From: a virus
Virus record (IMG/VR): IMGVR_UViG_3300017698_000040
Coordinates: 1-34,560 of that record
Length of the DNA stretch: 34,560 bases
Strand: one strand, 5' to 3'
Numbering within the stretch: position 1 is the stretch's first letter; each line of letters begins with the position of its first letter. The notes under the pieces are model-generated. The model ran no database searches and was not told where the DNA came from. It saw only the letters and a program-made list of their open reading frames with translations. Below are positions 25,246-31,434 of this stretch, one piece after another. The translations under genes were made by a program, and so were the position numbers.

Positions 25246-25703
25246 AAATTAGTGGTATCGCCTAACAATTAGATCCACGCGGAAAAACGATACTGCTGTT
25301 TTCCGGTGATCAGGGGCGTTATGTGGCCCCACAGGTGCAACGTTCTACCACTAGCCTAGCCTTATGGTAGTGGTTCGCTGGGCAACATGGGGCGTGGTGC
25401 TTGTTGTCTACCTTCTGCCTGCCCTTTATTCACTTAAGAAGGTGCTTTGTCCCAAACTTTGGCTCAACCCAAAGAAGCCTCATTCTCGTTTCAACTCGTA
25501 TTAACTTCATCCGTTGCAGAAAAATTAATAGCTTTCGTTCGTTCTCTGTAATTATGTTCTTACCTCGCTCGAAATATTTCACATAACAAGCAAATCAAAC
25601 GGATTTGCGGGGCAGCTGCATCTTACTCTATTCTTCCCGTCAAGTTCTTAGCAGCTGGCTCCATGCCTCAACAAGTCAACCCGCAATCCAGTTATTAAGG
25701 GCG
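25246..25703. other. 458-nt gap with no plausible ORF; candidate structured RNA or cis-element region
   Basis: All three minus-strand frames are broken by frequent stops, and the longest ATG ORF is 26 aa. The two plus-strand track ORFs look non-coding. Several local hairpins are present: GGGGC-N8-GCCCC at 25313..25330, CGGAAAA/TTTTTCCG around 25281..25306, and CAGCTGC/GCAGCTG at 25612..25657. Confidence 0.6.
25259..25271 (-). repeat. Motif A copy (plus strand CGCCTAACAATTA; minus strand TAATTGTTAGGCG) in the 5' leader of the 105-aa gene
   Basis: CTAACAAT occurs three times on this strand within 1.1 kb. This copy lies 27 nt upstream of the start codon. Confidence 0.6.
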
Positions 25704-25710
25704 TTAGGTT
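25699..25710 (-). repeat. Motif B copy spanning the Dam stop codon (GGGCGTTAGGTT)
   Basis: GTTAGGTT (25703..25710) is complementary to AACCTAAC (26215..26222) in the Dam leader. It can also pair locally, GGCGTTA (25700..25706) with TAACGCC (25718..25724). Confidence 0.6.
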
Positions 25711-26195
25711 TCAAAAATAACGCCGGGTATCCTCTTGATCGCTTCTACGTTCTCGGCACCAAAGGCAAGCAACATGCTGCCAGTTCCGGCGTTAGAGGAT
25801 TTTGAGCCATCATGTCGAATAAAAGAGAGTCGGCCTTTTATGAAATTAACAGCGTCAGCGTGTTTTATCGCCTCTTGCCCCCATCCTGTTTCTGTTCGGC
25901 CAAAGACAAGCGCTATCCCGTTTCCGTGGGCTTTCAATTTCTGTAACCATTTGCCGATTTCCCGACCATACGGGGGGTTAAGCCATACTCTACCTATCCA
26001 GTCGGTAGCTATCCCGCACCCGCCAACATCCTCGCAAATATGAACCTTCGCAGTATCAAACGGGCGGAAGGTTTGCGTGCATGGATCCATGTCAAACGGG
26101 CCGAGTTTTTCCACAATTTCGGCAGGGGTAAACCAAGTGTTCGTTTGGCCCTCATGCGTTACTGAGTCACAACTAAAAAAGGACTTGTTTTCCAT
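25704..26195 (-). CDS. dam: DNA N6-adenine methyltransferase, phage Dam type (163 aa)
   Basis: The motifs WFTPAEIVEKLGPFDMDPC and VWLNPPYG (catalytic NPPY), followed by FGRTETGW and GRLSFI, match the phage Dam (PF05869) layout. Confidence 0.85.
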   Translation of the reverse strand: MENKSFFSCDSVTHEGQTNTWFTPAEIVEKLGPFDMDPCTQTFRPFDTAKVHICEDVGGCGIATDWIGRVWLNPPYGREIGKWLQKLKAHGNGIALVFGRTETGWGQEAIKHADAVNFIKGRLSFIRHDGSKSSNAGTGSMLLAFGAENVEAIKRIPGVIFET

Positions 26196-26214
26196 AGTTA
26201 CCTCGCTGGCAAGA

Positions 26215-26227
26215 AACCTAACAATTT
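26215..26227 (-). repeat. Motif A copy (plus strand AACCTAACAATTT) in the Dam 5' leader
   Basis: It lies 20 nt upstream of the Dam ATG and has 8-bp complementarity to the motif B copy at the Dam stop codon. Confidence 0.6.
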
Positions 26228-26307
26228 AATCAACCGGACTGAAATTACTTCTGTTTTTCTCAAATACGCGCTACTAAGCCAGCCGGCATTCCGCAGCCGG
26301 TTATCAT

Positions 26308-26337
26308 GGTCGTTAGCCAGACTTCGGCTAACAATCC
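26308..26337 (-). repeat. 'Empty' motif B + motif A unit forming a 7-bp hairpin (GGTCGTTAGCC agacttc GGCTAACAATCC)
   Basis: GTTAGCC (26312..26318) pairs with GGCTAAC (26326..26332) around a 7-nt loop. The flanks match the B (GGNCGTTAG) and A (CTAACAAT) consensus. Confidence 0.6.
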
Positions 26338-26387
26338 TCTGCAAACGGATATAATCTTTGGGCCTGAGTTAACGCCGTATATTTCAA

Positions 26388-26885
26388 TCATGCTGCGTCC
26401 TCCTCTTTCTGTTTCTTTTGCACCCTTTTTCTCTGGTCATAACTGCTATAGAAAATTTTCAATTTACTAGTTTCCTCTGACCACCCCTTATTTGGAAATA
26501 AGTTTTCCATGTGCATCATCCCATCTATCGTTTTCTCCCTTCCTATGCCCCCCATAATTCCACGGATAAGGAGACATGCTTTTTTTGCATGGTCACTGTT
26601 TTGTTCTTTATCAAAAACGGTTTCTTTATTTTGGTTTTTCTTTCTTTCCTGAATTGCTATTTGCTCTCTTATTTGTGCCGAGTTATCACGAATAATTTTT
26701 ATTAACCCGCTTGGCGTGGGTAAGTATCCATTCGCATTTTCAAGAAATCCGACAACCTTTCCACATACCTCTACAGGTTCCTTTAAAATATCCCTGATTA
26801 TGAAATCGCGGTGTTGGTTCTGGTAGTTCTTGCCATGGAGAAGTTCTATTCTTGAGACTAGAGCGTTTGCCTGTTCTTTTGTCAT
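26388..26885 (-). CDS. Hypothetical protein downstream of the initiator-like gene (165 aa)
   Basis: I place the start at ATG 26883-26885, which is ATGA-coupled to the upstream stop. No motif was recognised. Confidence 0.7.
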   Translation of the reverse strand: MTKEQANALVSRIELLHGKNYQNQHRDFIIRDILKEPVEVCGKVVGFLENANGYLPTPSGLIKIIRDNSAQIREQIAIQERKKNQNKETVFDKEQNSDHAKKACLLIRGIMGGIGREKTIDGMMHMENLFPNKGWSEETSKLKIFYSSYDQRKRVQKKQKEEDAA

Positions 26886-27517
26886 TTTGTGTCCCCTAAA
26901 CAAAGCCGCTCAAAATCATCAACATCACTATTCGTTGCAGGACTGTCTTGAGCGACTTTAATAACGTAATTAATCGACTTTGCACCTGCGTCACTTGCAG
27001 CCTTGAAACCTCTCTCAACGTCAGGCTTGAACACTTGTGTTAATTGCCTAAGACTTTCTGCTCTACCAGCTGTCATGATCGGTTGCCAACCAAGATATTT
27101 AACAGCGAGAGCATTGAGAGATTTCATATCAAAAAATTCAGAATCCTCATCTGGTTGTTCTGTCTCTGTCTCTGTCTCTGTCTCTGTCTCTGGTGCGTCA
27201 CTTTTGTCATTTATGGTTACCATTTGGTTGTCACTTGGTTGACATGCGGTTGCCATGAAGCCTAACTCAATGAATTTATTGATATTTGGCTCTTCATCCA
27301 AAAGACATATTTTCCGAATAACTCGCGGTGATTTGGGAATTAGACCTTGCTTATCAGCGGCAACCAACCAGATTGAAACGAGTTGACCTTTTTCCGCATC
27401 GGTTAATTCTGCCCACTCAGCGTTACTTAAAAGATTACGATAAACCTTAACCCATGGTGGAGTTCCGCGATCTTTACGGTAGGTCTGCCATTTTTCCCAA
27501 CCAGATATTTTAAGCAT
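26882..27517 (-). CDS. Replication initiator / replisome-organiser-like protein (211 aa) with an internal (ET)5 linker
   Basis: The ATG at 27515-27517 lies 6 nt after a GGAG SD. The N-terminus WEKWQTYRKDRGTPPWVKVYRNLLSNAEWAELTDAEKGQLVSIWLVAA fits the pattern seen in phage replication-initiation/winged-helix proteins. The gene contains iteron-like repeats. Confidence 0.6.
   Translation of the reverse strand: MLKISGWEKWQTYRKDRGTPPWVKVYRNLLSNAEWAELTDAEKGQLVSIWLVAADKQGLIPKSPRVIRKICLLDEEPNINKFIELGFMATACQPSDNQMVTINDKSDAPETETETETETEQPDEDSEFFDMKSLNALAVKYLGWQPIMTAGRAESLRQLTQVFKPDVERGFKAASDAGAKSINYVIKVAQDSPATNSDVDDFERLCLGDTK
27161..27190. repeat. Hexanucleotide microsatellite (TGTCTC)x5 encoding (ET)5 on the minus strand
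   Basis: Five perfect tandem copies were read directly from the sequence. They are in frame within the initiator-like gene. Confidence 0.95.
27215..27258. repeat. Four tandem 11-bp iteron-like repeats (GGTTACCATTT GGTTGTCACTT GGTTGACATGC GGTTGCCATGA); candidate ori
   Basis: GGTT starts at 27215, 27226, 27237 and 27248, an exact 11-bp phase. GTCAC/GTCAT half-copies lie at 27197 and 27206, and GGTTGCCAA at 27081. An AT-rich stretch at about 27118..27150 is nearby. Confidence 0.55.
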
Positions 27518-27553
27518 TGGAAACTCCAAAATTTAAAAATCCAATTTGCATGA

Positions 27554-27763
27554 CTATGCAGCCGCACCGAGTCTTTCGGCCATCTTTTGCATCTTCGTTA
27601 GCTTTGAAACGTTCCCAGGGTGCAGCCTTATGTTTTTTTCGCTTTTTTCCCACAGATAAACAGTAGTCTCAGTTATTTCCATCTCCAAGGCAAACTCCCT
27701 GCGAGTCATTTTAAGTTTAGATCTAATCCCTGCGACATCTTTGCTGGTTATTTTATTAGTCAT
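27554..27763 (-). CDS. Cro/CI-type (XRE family) HTH regulator (69 aa)
   Basis: I place the start at ATG 27761-27763, after an AAGGAGG SD. IRSKLKMTRREFALEMEITETTVYLWEK is a classic HTH_3 pattern. It is the first gene of the minus-strand early unit. Confidence 0.85.
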   Translation of the reverse strand: MTNKITSKDVAGIRSKLKMTRREFALEMEITETTVYLWEKSEKNIRLHPGNVSKLTKMQKMAERLGAAA

Positions 27764-27782
27764 GTGTTCCTCCTTGTTAAGA

Positions 27783-27810
27783 ATACTAACATAGTGCCAT
27801 TTAAAGTCAA
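27783..27810 (-). promoter_or_regulatory. Leftward early promoter (TTGACT-N16-TGT-TAGTAT)
   Basis: On the minus strand the -35 is at 27810..27805 and the -10 at 27788..27783, with an extended TG. The TGTTA-N7-TAACA dyad (27776..27792) overlaps the -10 and leader. Confidence 0.65.
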
Positions 27811-27843
27811 TCATAAATTGTATAAATATTTATTTAAAACCTA

Positions 27844-27871
27844 TTGACATAAATCGGCAAGGTGTTATTGT
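27844..27871 (+). promoter_or_regulatory. Rightward early promoter (TTGACA-N16-TGT-TATTGT)
   Basis: The -35 is at 27844..27849 and the -10 at 27866..27871, with an extended TG at 27863-27864. It is followed by an SD and the ATG at 27900. Confidence 0.65.
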
Positions 27872-27899
27872 ATATCTACACCAACAAAACGAAGGTATT

Positions 27900-28064
27900 A
27901 TGGAAAACGATATTGATCGTATCGAAAAAGACATGATGGAAAACGAAGTAGAGCGGATACATAGTGACGCGGCAGGTTTGAAAGATGAAATCTGCGAGCT
28001 CTTTTTTCATGCAAGACAATATCACAGAAAGTATCCGGCATTAGTTCAGCACTTGACCAACTAG
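27900..28064 (+). CDS. Hypothetical first rightward gene (54 aa, MENDIDRIEKDMMENEVERIH...)
   Basis: Not in the track (below 60 aa). It has a GAAGG SD and lies directly downstream of the rightward promoter. I prefer it to the antisense track ORF 27898..28116. Confidence 0.55.
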   Translation: MENDIDRIEKDMMENEVERIHSDAAGLKDEICELFFHARQYHRKYPALVQHLTN

Positions 28065-28109
28065 ATCTGCTAATACAACGATCACTTAACGCATAGAAAG
28101 GGCAGGAGG

Positions 28110-28298
28110 ATGGCATGGACGCACGATCAAAAGAAAGTCGAAAGAGACGAAGCCCCTACATGGGTACTTTGCTTAGAACTTGTTTTGCTTGGTTGCGCCC
28201 TGTGGATGCTCCTGAGCGTAAGCTTGAAGCCCTCTTCCCATGGTGTTGAAGACGGGCAGAAATTTTACCAAACTCAGGTTATGGGATCGGGGGAGTAA
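28110..28298 (+). CDS. Possible small membrane protein (62 aa); frame uncertain
   Basis: The stop is TAATG-coupled to the next gene, and one TM is present (WVLCLELVLLGCALWMLLSV). However, the ATG abuts the AGGAGG SD. An alternative ATG at 28115 in another frame (44 aa) has ideal spacing. Confidence 0.4.
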   Translation: MAWTHDQKKVERDEAPTWVLCLELVLLGCALWMLLSVSLKPSSHGVEDGQKFYQTQVMGSGE

Positions 28299-28504
28299 TG
28301 GAACAGACATTCACCACAAAAATTGACCATATCGAGCTTGAAGTTTTAGCGGAGGTCACTGAGGACGAAGTGGATATTTTAGAAGTCAACACGTCTGATG
28401 ATATCTCTGAACTTATAAGCGACCGGACATACACAATTTTAAGAATTGCGTTACGTGAGCAGTATTCTTCACGAATGCACGAAGCTAAAGAGGTGGCGGC
28501 ATGA
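28298..28504 (+). CDS. Hypothetical acidic protein (68 aa)
   Basis: ORF track, with a GGGGGAG SD. The stop is ATGA-coupled to the next ORF. Confidence 0.65.
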   Translation: MEQTFTTKIDHIELEVLAEVTEDEVDILEVNTSDDISELISDRTYTILRIALREQYSSRMHEAKEVAA

Positions 28505-28659
28505 GCGACCTTGCAAAGCACTACCATGAAAGCAAGCAGATAGAAATGGGGATTAAATATCACGAACAGGCGATATCGAGACTTAAACGCGATCAAGCAT
28601 TATTGGAAGATCTTATTTCACGGCTTGAGGCGCAAGAGTTCAGCGATGATGCCGCATGA
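28501..28659 (+). CDS. Hypothetical protein (52 aa, MSDLAKHYHESKQIEMGIKYHEQAISRLKRDQALLEDLISRLEAQEFSDDAA)
   Basis: Manual translation. It is ATGA-coupled at both ends and is below the track threshold. Confidence 0.5.
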   Translation: MSDLAKHYHESKQIEMGIKYHEQAISRLKRDQALLEDLISRLEAQEFSDDAA

Positions 28660-28772
28660 CCACATACGCCCTGATTGACTTGCTGGAATATTTGGAAATG
28701 TTAGAGCGTGGAATTAACGCTGAATATCAAACATGGATGAACGAACAAATCTACGGGGGAGTAAACCAATGA
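28656..28772 (+). CDS. Hypothetical protein (38 aa, MTTYALIDLLEYLEMLERGINAEYQTWMNEQIYGGVNQ)
   Basis: Manual translation. It is ATGA-coupled at both ends and links the mini-gene chain to the DUF1351 gene. Confidence 0.45.
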   Translation: MTTYALIDLLEYLEMLERGINAEYQTWMNEQIYGGVNQ

Positions 28773-29707
28773 ACAACGAATTAATTGTGATCGAAAAGGT
28801 TAACCCAATCGAAGTTTTTACCGGCAACGGGCTAGACCCATTGTTGGAGCAAATCAAAAGGGAAGTATCTGCTTTTGAGCCTAATCTTGAAACGGTAACT
28901 GGACGTAAAGAAGTTGCTTCAATGGCTCACAAGGTTAGCAAGTCAAAGGTTGTTATTGACAATCTCGGTAAGGACTTGGTCGCGGATTGGAGGCAGAAAT
29001 CAAAACAAGTGGACGCAGCCAGGAAGTCAGCGCGTGATTTTCTCGACAACCTGAAAGAAGAAGTCCGCAAGCCTTTGACAGAGTGGGAGGAGGAAGAAAA
29101 AGCCAGAGTCGAAGCAGAACAACTCAAACAGGAAATTAAACTCGCTCATGAATCTGCTATTGCTGAAAATGATTTATTTGATCGCCAGCGAGACATTGAG
29201 CGTAAAGAGGCTGAACTTGCCAAGCAAGAAGAAGAGCGCAAGGCGAAGGAATTATCCGAACAGCAAGAGCGTGAGCGTGTTGAGCGTGAAGAGCGATTAA
29301 AGAAAGAGGCCGCTGAAAAAGCAAAGCGAGAGGCAGAAGAGAGCGCCAAGCGTGAGCGCGAAGAGTTGCAACGGAAAGAGCGTGAAGCTATCGAGGCAAA
29401 AGAACGCGCAGAGCGTGAAAAGATCGCGGCCGAAGAACGGTCAAAGCTTGAAAAGCAACAGGCGATTGAGAACGAGCAGCGCAAAGCGAAAGAAGAGGCA
29501 GAGCGGGTCGAACGTGAGCGCCTTGAAAAACAGCGCATCGAAAAAGAGGAAGCTGAGCGTAAGGCAGCAAACAAACGCCACCAAGGAAATGTTAATCGTG
29601 AGGCAAAAGAGAGCCTTGTTGCCGCTGGATTCGACAATGGAATGGCTAAGGATATTGTGGTTTTGATCGCTCAAGGAAAAATCAAGAACGTCACAATCAA
29701 TTATTAA
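28769..29707 (+). CDS. DUF1351-family protein with a long E/R/K-rich helical spacer (312 aa)
   Basis: I place the start at ATG 28769 (GGGGGAG SD, ATGA coupling). The N-terminus NNELIVIEKVNPIEVFTGNGLDPLLEQIKREV and the C-terminus ..IAQGKIKNVTINY are typical of DUF1351 proteins found beside Erf/RecT genes. Confidence 0.75.
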   Translation: MNNELIVIEKVNPIEVFTGNGLDPLLEQIKREVSAFEPNLETVTGRKEVASMAHKVSKSKVVIDNLGKDLVADWRQKSKQVDAARKSARDFLDNLKEEVRKPLTEWEEEEKARVEAEQLKQEIKLAHESAIAENDLFDRQRDIERKEAELAKQEEERKAKELSEQQERERVEREERLKKEAAEKAKREAEESAKREREELQRKEREAIEAKERAEREKIAAEERSKLEKQQAIENEQRKAKEEAERVERERLEKQRIEKEEAERKAANKRHQGNVNREAKESLVAAGFDNGMAKDIVVLIAQGKIKNVTINY

Positions 29708-29718
29708 CGGGGGTAATT

Positions 29719-30429
29719 ATGCCAAACAACTTAGCAGTAAAAGAAGAGGCAGCAATGCAGACGGTCACGCCAATGAGTCTTCTGCAAGCCGCCCAACAGA
29801 GCAATGCAAGTGTAGAACAGCTTCAACAACTAATGGAATTACAAATCCGCTGGGAAGAGAACGAAGCCAGAAAAGCATTCAACGATGCAATGGCTAACTT
29901 CCGCGAAGAATGCCCAACGATAGCAAGAACTAGGAAAGGACACAACTCAAACTATGCCGGTCTTGCTGAGACTATCACGCAAATCAAGCCGCTATTAGCC
30001 AAACATGGCTTGTCTCATCGTTGGAGCACTAATCAAATGGAAGGTGGTATTTCAGTTACTTGCACCATTACTCATAGGCTCGGCCATTGCGAGTCAACAG
30101 AGTTGTCAGCAGACGCAGACAAGAGCGGAAATAAAAACGTCATTCAGGCTATCGGCTCAACGGTCGCATATCTTGAAAGATACACCTTATTTGCAATTCT
30201 TGGACTTGCTTCTGCCGACCAAGATAATGACGGTTGCGATTTTGGCCGTGATCCATCTCGCTATATCACCGAGAGTCAACTTGCAGATATTGAGGCCTTA
30301 ATTGATGAAGTTAAGGCAGATGAAAATCAATTCTGTAGCTGGATTGGAGCTAAATTTCTAGCAGATATCCCAGCGTCAAGGTTTGATAAAGCGGTTAAAG
30401 CTCTTGAATCAAAGCGGGGGAAATCATGA
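29719..30429 (+). CDS. erf: Erf-family single-strand annealing protein (236 aa)
   Basis: NYAGLAETITQIKPLLAKHGLS...ITHRLGHCE...QAIGSTVAYLERYTLFAILGLASADQDNDG matches the ERF superfamily core. Confidence 0.85.
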   Translation: MPNNLAVKEEAAMQTVTPMSLLQAAQQSNASVEQLQQLMELQIRWEENEARKAFNDAMANFREECPTIARTRKGHNSNYAGLAETITQIKPLLAKHGLSHRWSTNQMEGGISVTCTITHRLGHCESTELSADADKSGNKNVIQAIGSTVAYLERYTLFAILGLASADQDNDGCDFGRDPSRYITESQLADIEALIDEVKADENQFCSWIGAKFLADIPASRFDKAVKALESKRGKS

Positions 30430-31031
30430 TTGAAATTATTAATTGCGAACAGAATAGCCCTGAATGGTTTGCCGCAAGGCTTGGCATCCCAACAGCAAGC
30501 CAGTTTTCAACCGTCATGGCAAAAGGCCAAGGCAAAACACGTAGAACTTACATGCTCAAGCTCTTAGGTGAGCGCCTAACGGGTGAAATGACAGAGGGCT
30601 ATAGCAACGCAGCAATGGAACGAGGTCATGAAATGGAAGCATCAGCCCGCAACGCCTACGCCTTTGAGTCTGGCAATGCTCCTGAACTTGTTGGTTTTGT
30701 TCGTAACGGTGAGCAAGGGGCAAGCCCAGACGCATTAATCATGCTTGATGGAATTCTTGAAATTAAAACCAAGGCTCCCCATTTGCAGCTTGACGTGATT
30801 TTAAAAGGCAAAGTTCCAACGGAGCACAGCGCACAAATCCAAGGTCAATTGTGGGTATCAGAGCGTGAGTGGTGCGACTTCGTTTCTTACTGGCCTGGGC
30901 TACCTCTTTTCGTCAAACGTGTTTACCGCGATGAAGAGAAAATTTCCCAAATCAAAGAAGCCGTTCAACTTTTTAATGAAGAGTTGGCCGAACTTGAAAA
31001 TCAATTCAACGCCATGCAGAACGCAGCATGA
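30426..31031 (+). CDS. YqaJ / lambda-Exo-type recombination exonuclease (201 aa)
   Basis: The motifs NSPEWFAARLGIPTASQFSTVM, GHEMEASARNAY and SPDALI..GILEIKT (PD-(D/E)XK) are present. It is ATGA-coupled to erf. Confidence 0.85.
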   Translation: MIEIINCEQNSPEWFAARLGIPTASQFSTVMAKGQGKTRRTYMLKLLGERLTGEMTEGYSNAAMERGHEMEASARNAYAFESGNAPELVGFVRNGEQGASPDALIMLDGILEIKTKAPHLQLDVILKGKVPTEHSAQIQGQLWVSEREWCDFVSYWPGLPLFVKRVYRDEEKISQIKEAVQLFNEELAELENQFNAMQNAA

Positions 31032-31195
31032 TAAAGGGAATAACCCGCGAATGGGTGGAGGAGGTTGAAACCCTTCTCTACCTGATTGGCAAGGTTAACG
31101 CAGCAGATAGCCCAGAGGAGGCCGCACAGCATCTTAACATGGTGATGACATGCGGTAATGACATTAACAGCAAGCATGAAGGGATAAGACAGTGA
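31028..31195 (+). CDS. Hypothetical protein (55 aa, MIKGITREWVEEVETLLYLIGKVNAADSPEEAAQHL...)
   Basis: Manual translation. It is ATGA-coupled upstream and GTGA-coupled downstream. Confidence 0.5.
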   Translation: MIKGITREWVEEVETLLYLIGKVNAADSPEEAAQHLNMVMTCGNDINSKHEGIRQ

Positions 31196-31434
31196 AATAC
31201 AGCTTTTATTGCAAGCATTGTGGCTACACCAAAACATCAGACAATAAGCAAAAGGTTCAAGCTATCAAAAAGCTCCACAAGACTAGAGCCCCTTTTTCTA
31301 GTGCGTGCACTTTTGCAGGCACCGGACGCGGAACAATTGCCCGACCTTCACTCGCTGAGGTTATTAGGAATGAAAATCGCCGCAGTCGTGAAGCAATAAA
31401 GATTGGTAATGGGAAAAGTCGGAGGGCTGCATAG
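31192..31434 (+). CDS. Hypothetical basic protein (80 aa)
   Basis: ORF track. It has a GTG start coupled to the previous stop and contains CKHCG. Confidence 0.55.
   Translation: MKYSFYCKHCGYTKTSDNKQKVQAIKKLHKTRAPFSSACTFAGTGRGTIARPSLAEVIRNENRRSREAIKIGNGKSRRAA

Noticed and set aside
25340-25400. tRNA-like strings (GGTTCG on the plus strand, TGGTAGAACG on the minus strand) in the non-coding gap
   Set aside because: I could not build a cloverleaf. There is no 7-bp acceptor stem, the arms flanking the putative T-loop are not complementary, and there is no anticodon arm. The region is treated as part of the unexplained gap, not as a tRNA.
25401-25805. Plus-strand ORFs 25401..25586 and 25605..25805 in the gap
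   Set aside because: They have no convincing SD, alternative-start Cys/Arg/Phe-rich translations, and the second runs antisense into the Dam gene. A weak TTGTCT-N17-TATTCA promoter-like string at 25404..25432 is noted but not called.
27898-28116. 72-aa minus-strand track ORF (MPSSCPFYALSDRC...)
   Set aside because: It lies antisense to a plus-strand 54-aa ORF that has its own promoter and SD. It has no SD of its own, it would sit upstream of the leftward promoter, and its composition is Cys/Ser/Arg-rich and non-protein-like.
28115-28249. Alternative 44-aa frame (MDARSKESRKRRSPYMGTLL...) starting at the better-spaced ATG 28115
   Set aside because: This is not fully rejected. The SD spacing favours it, but the 62-aa frame ends in a TAATG coupling to the next gene and contains a clean TM segment. 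I listed the 62-aa frame at low confidence.
29146-29637. 163-aa and other minus-strand ORFs antisense to the DUF1351 gene
   Set aside because: They are artefacts of the GA/GC-rich E/R/K-coding repeats and translate to low-complexity S/R/A strings.
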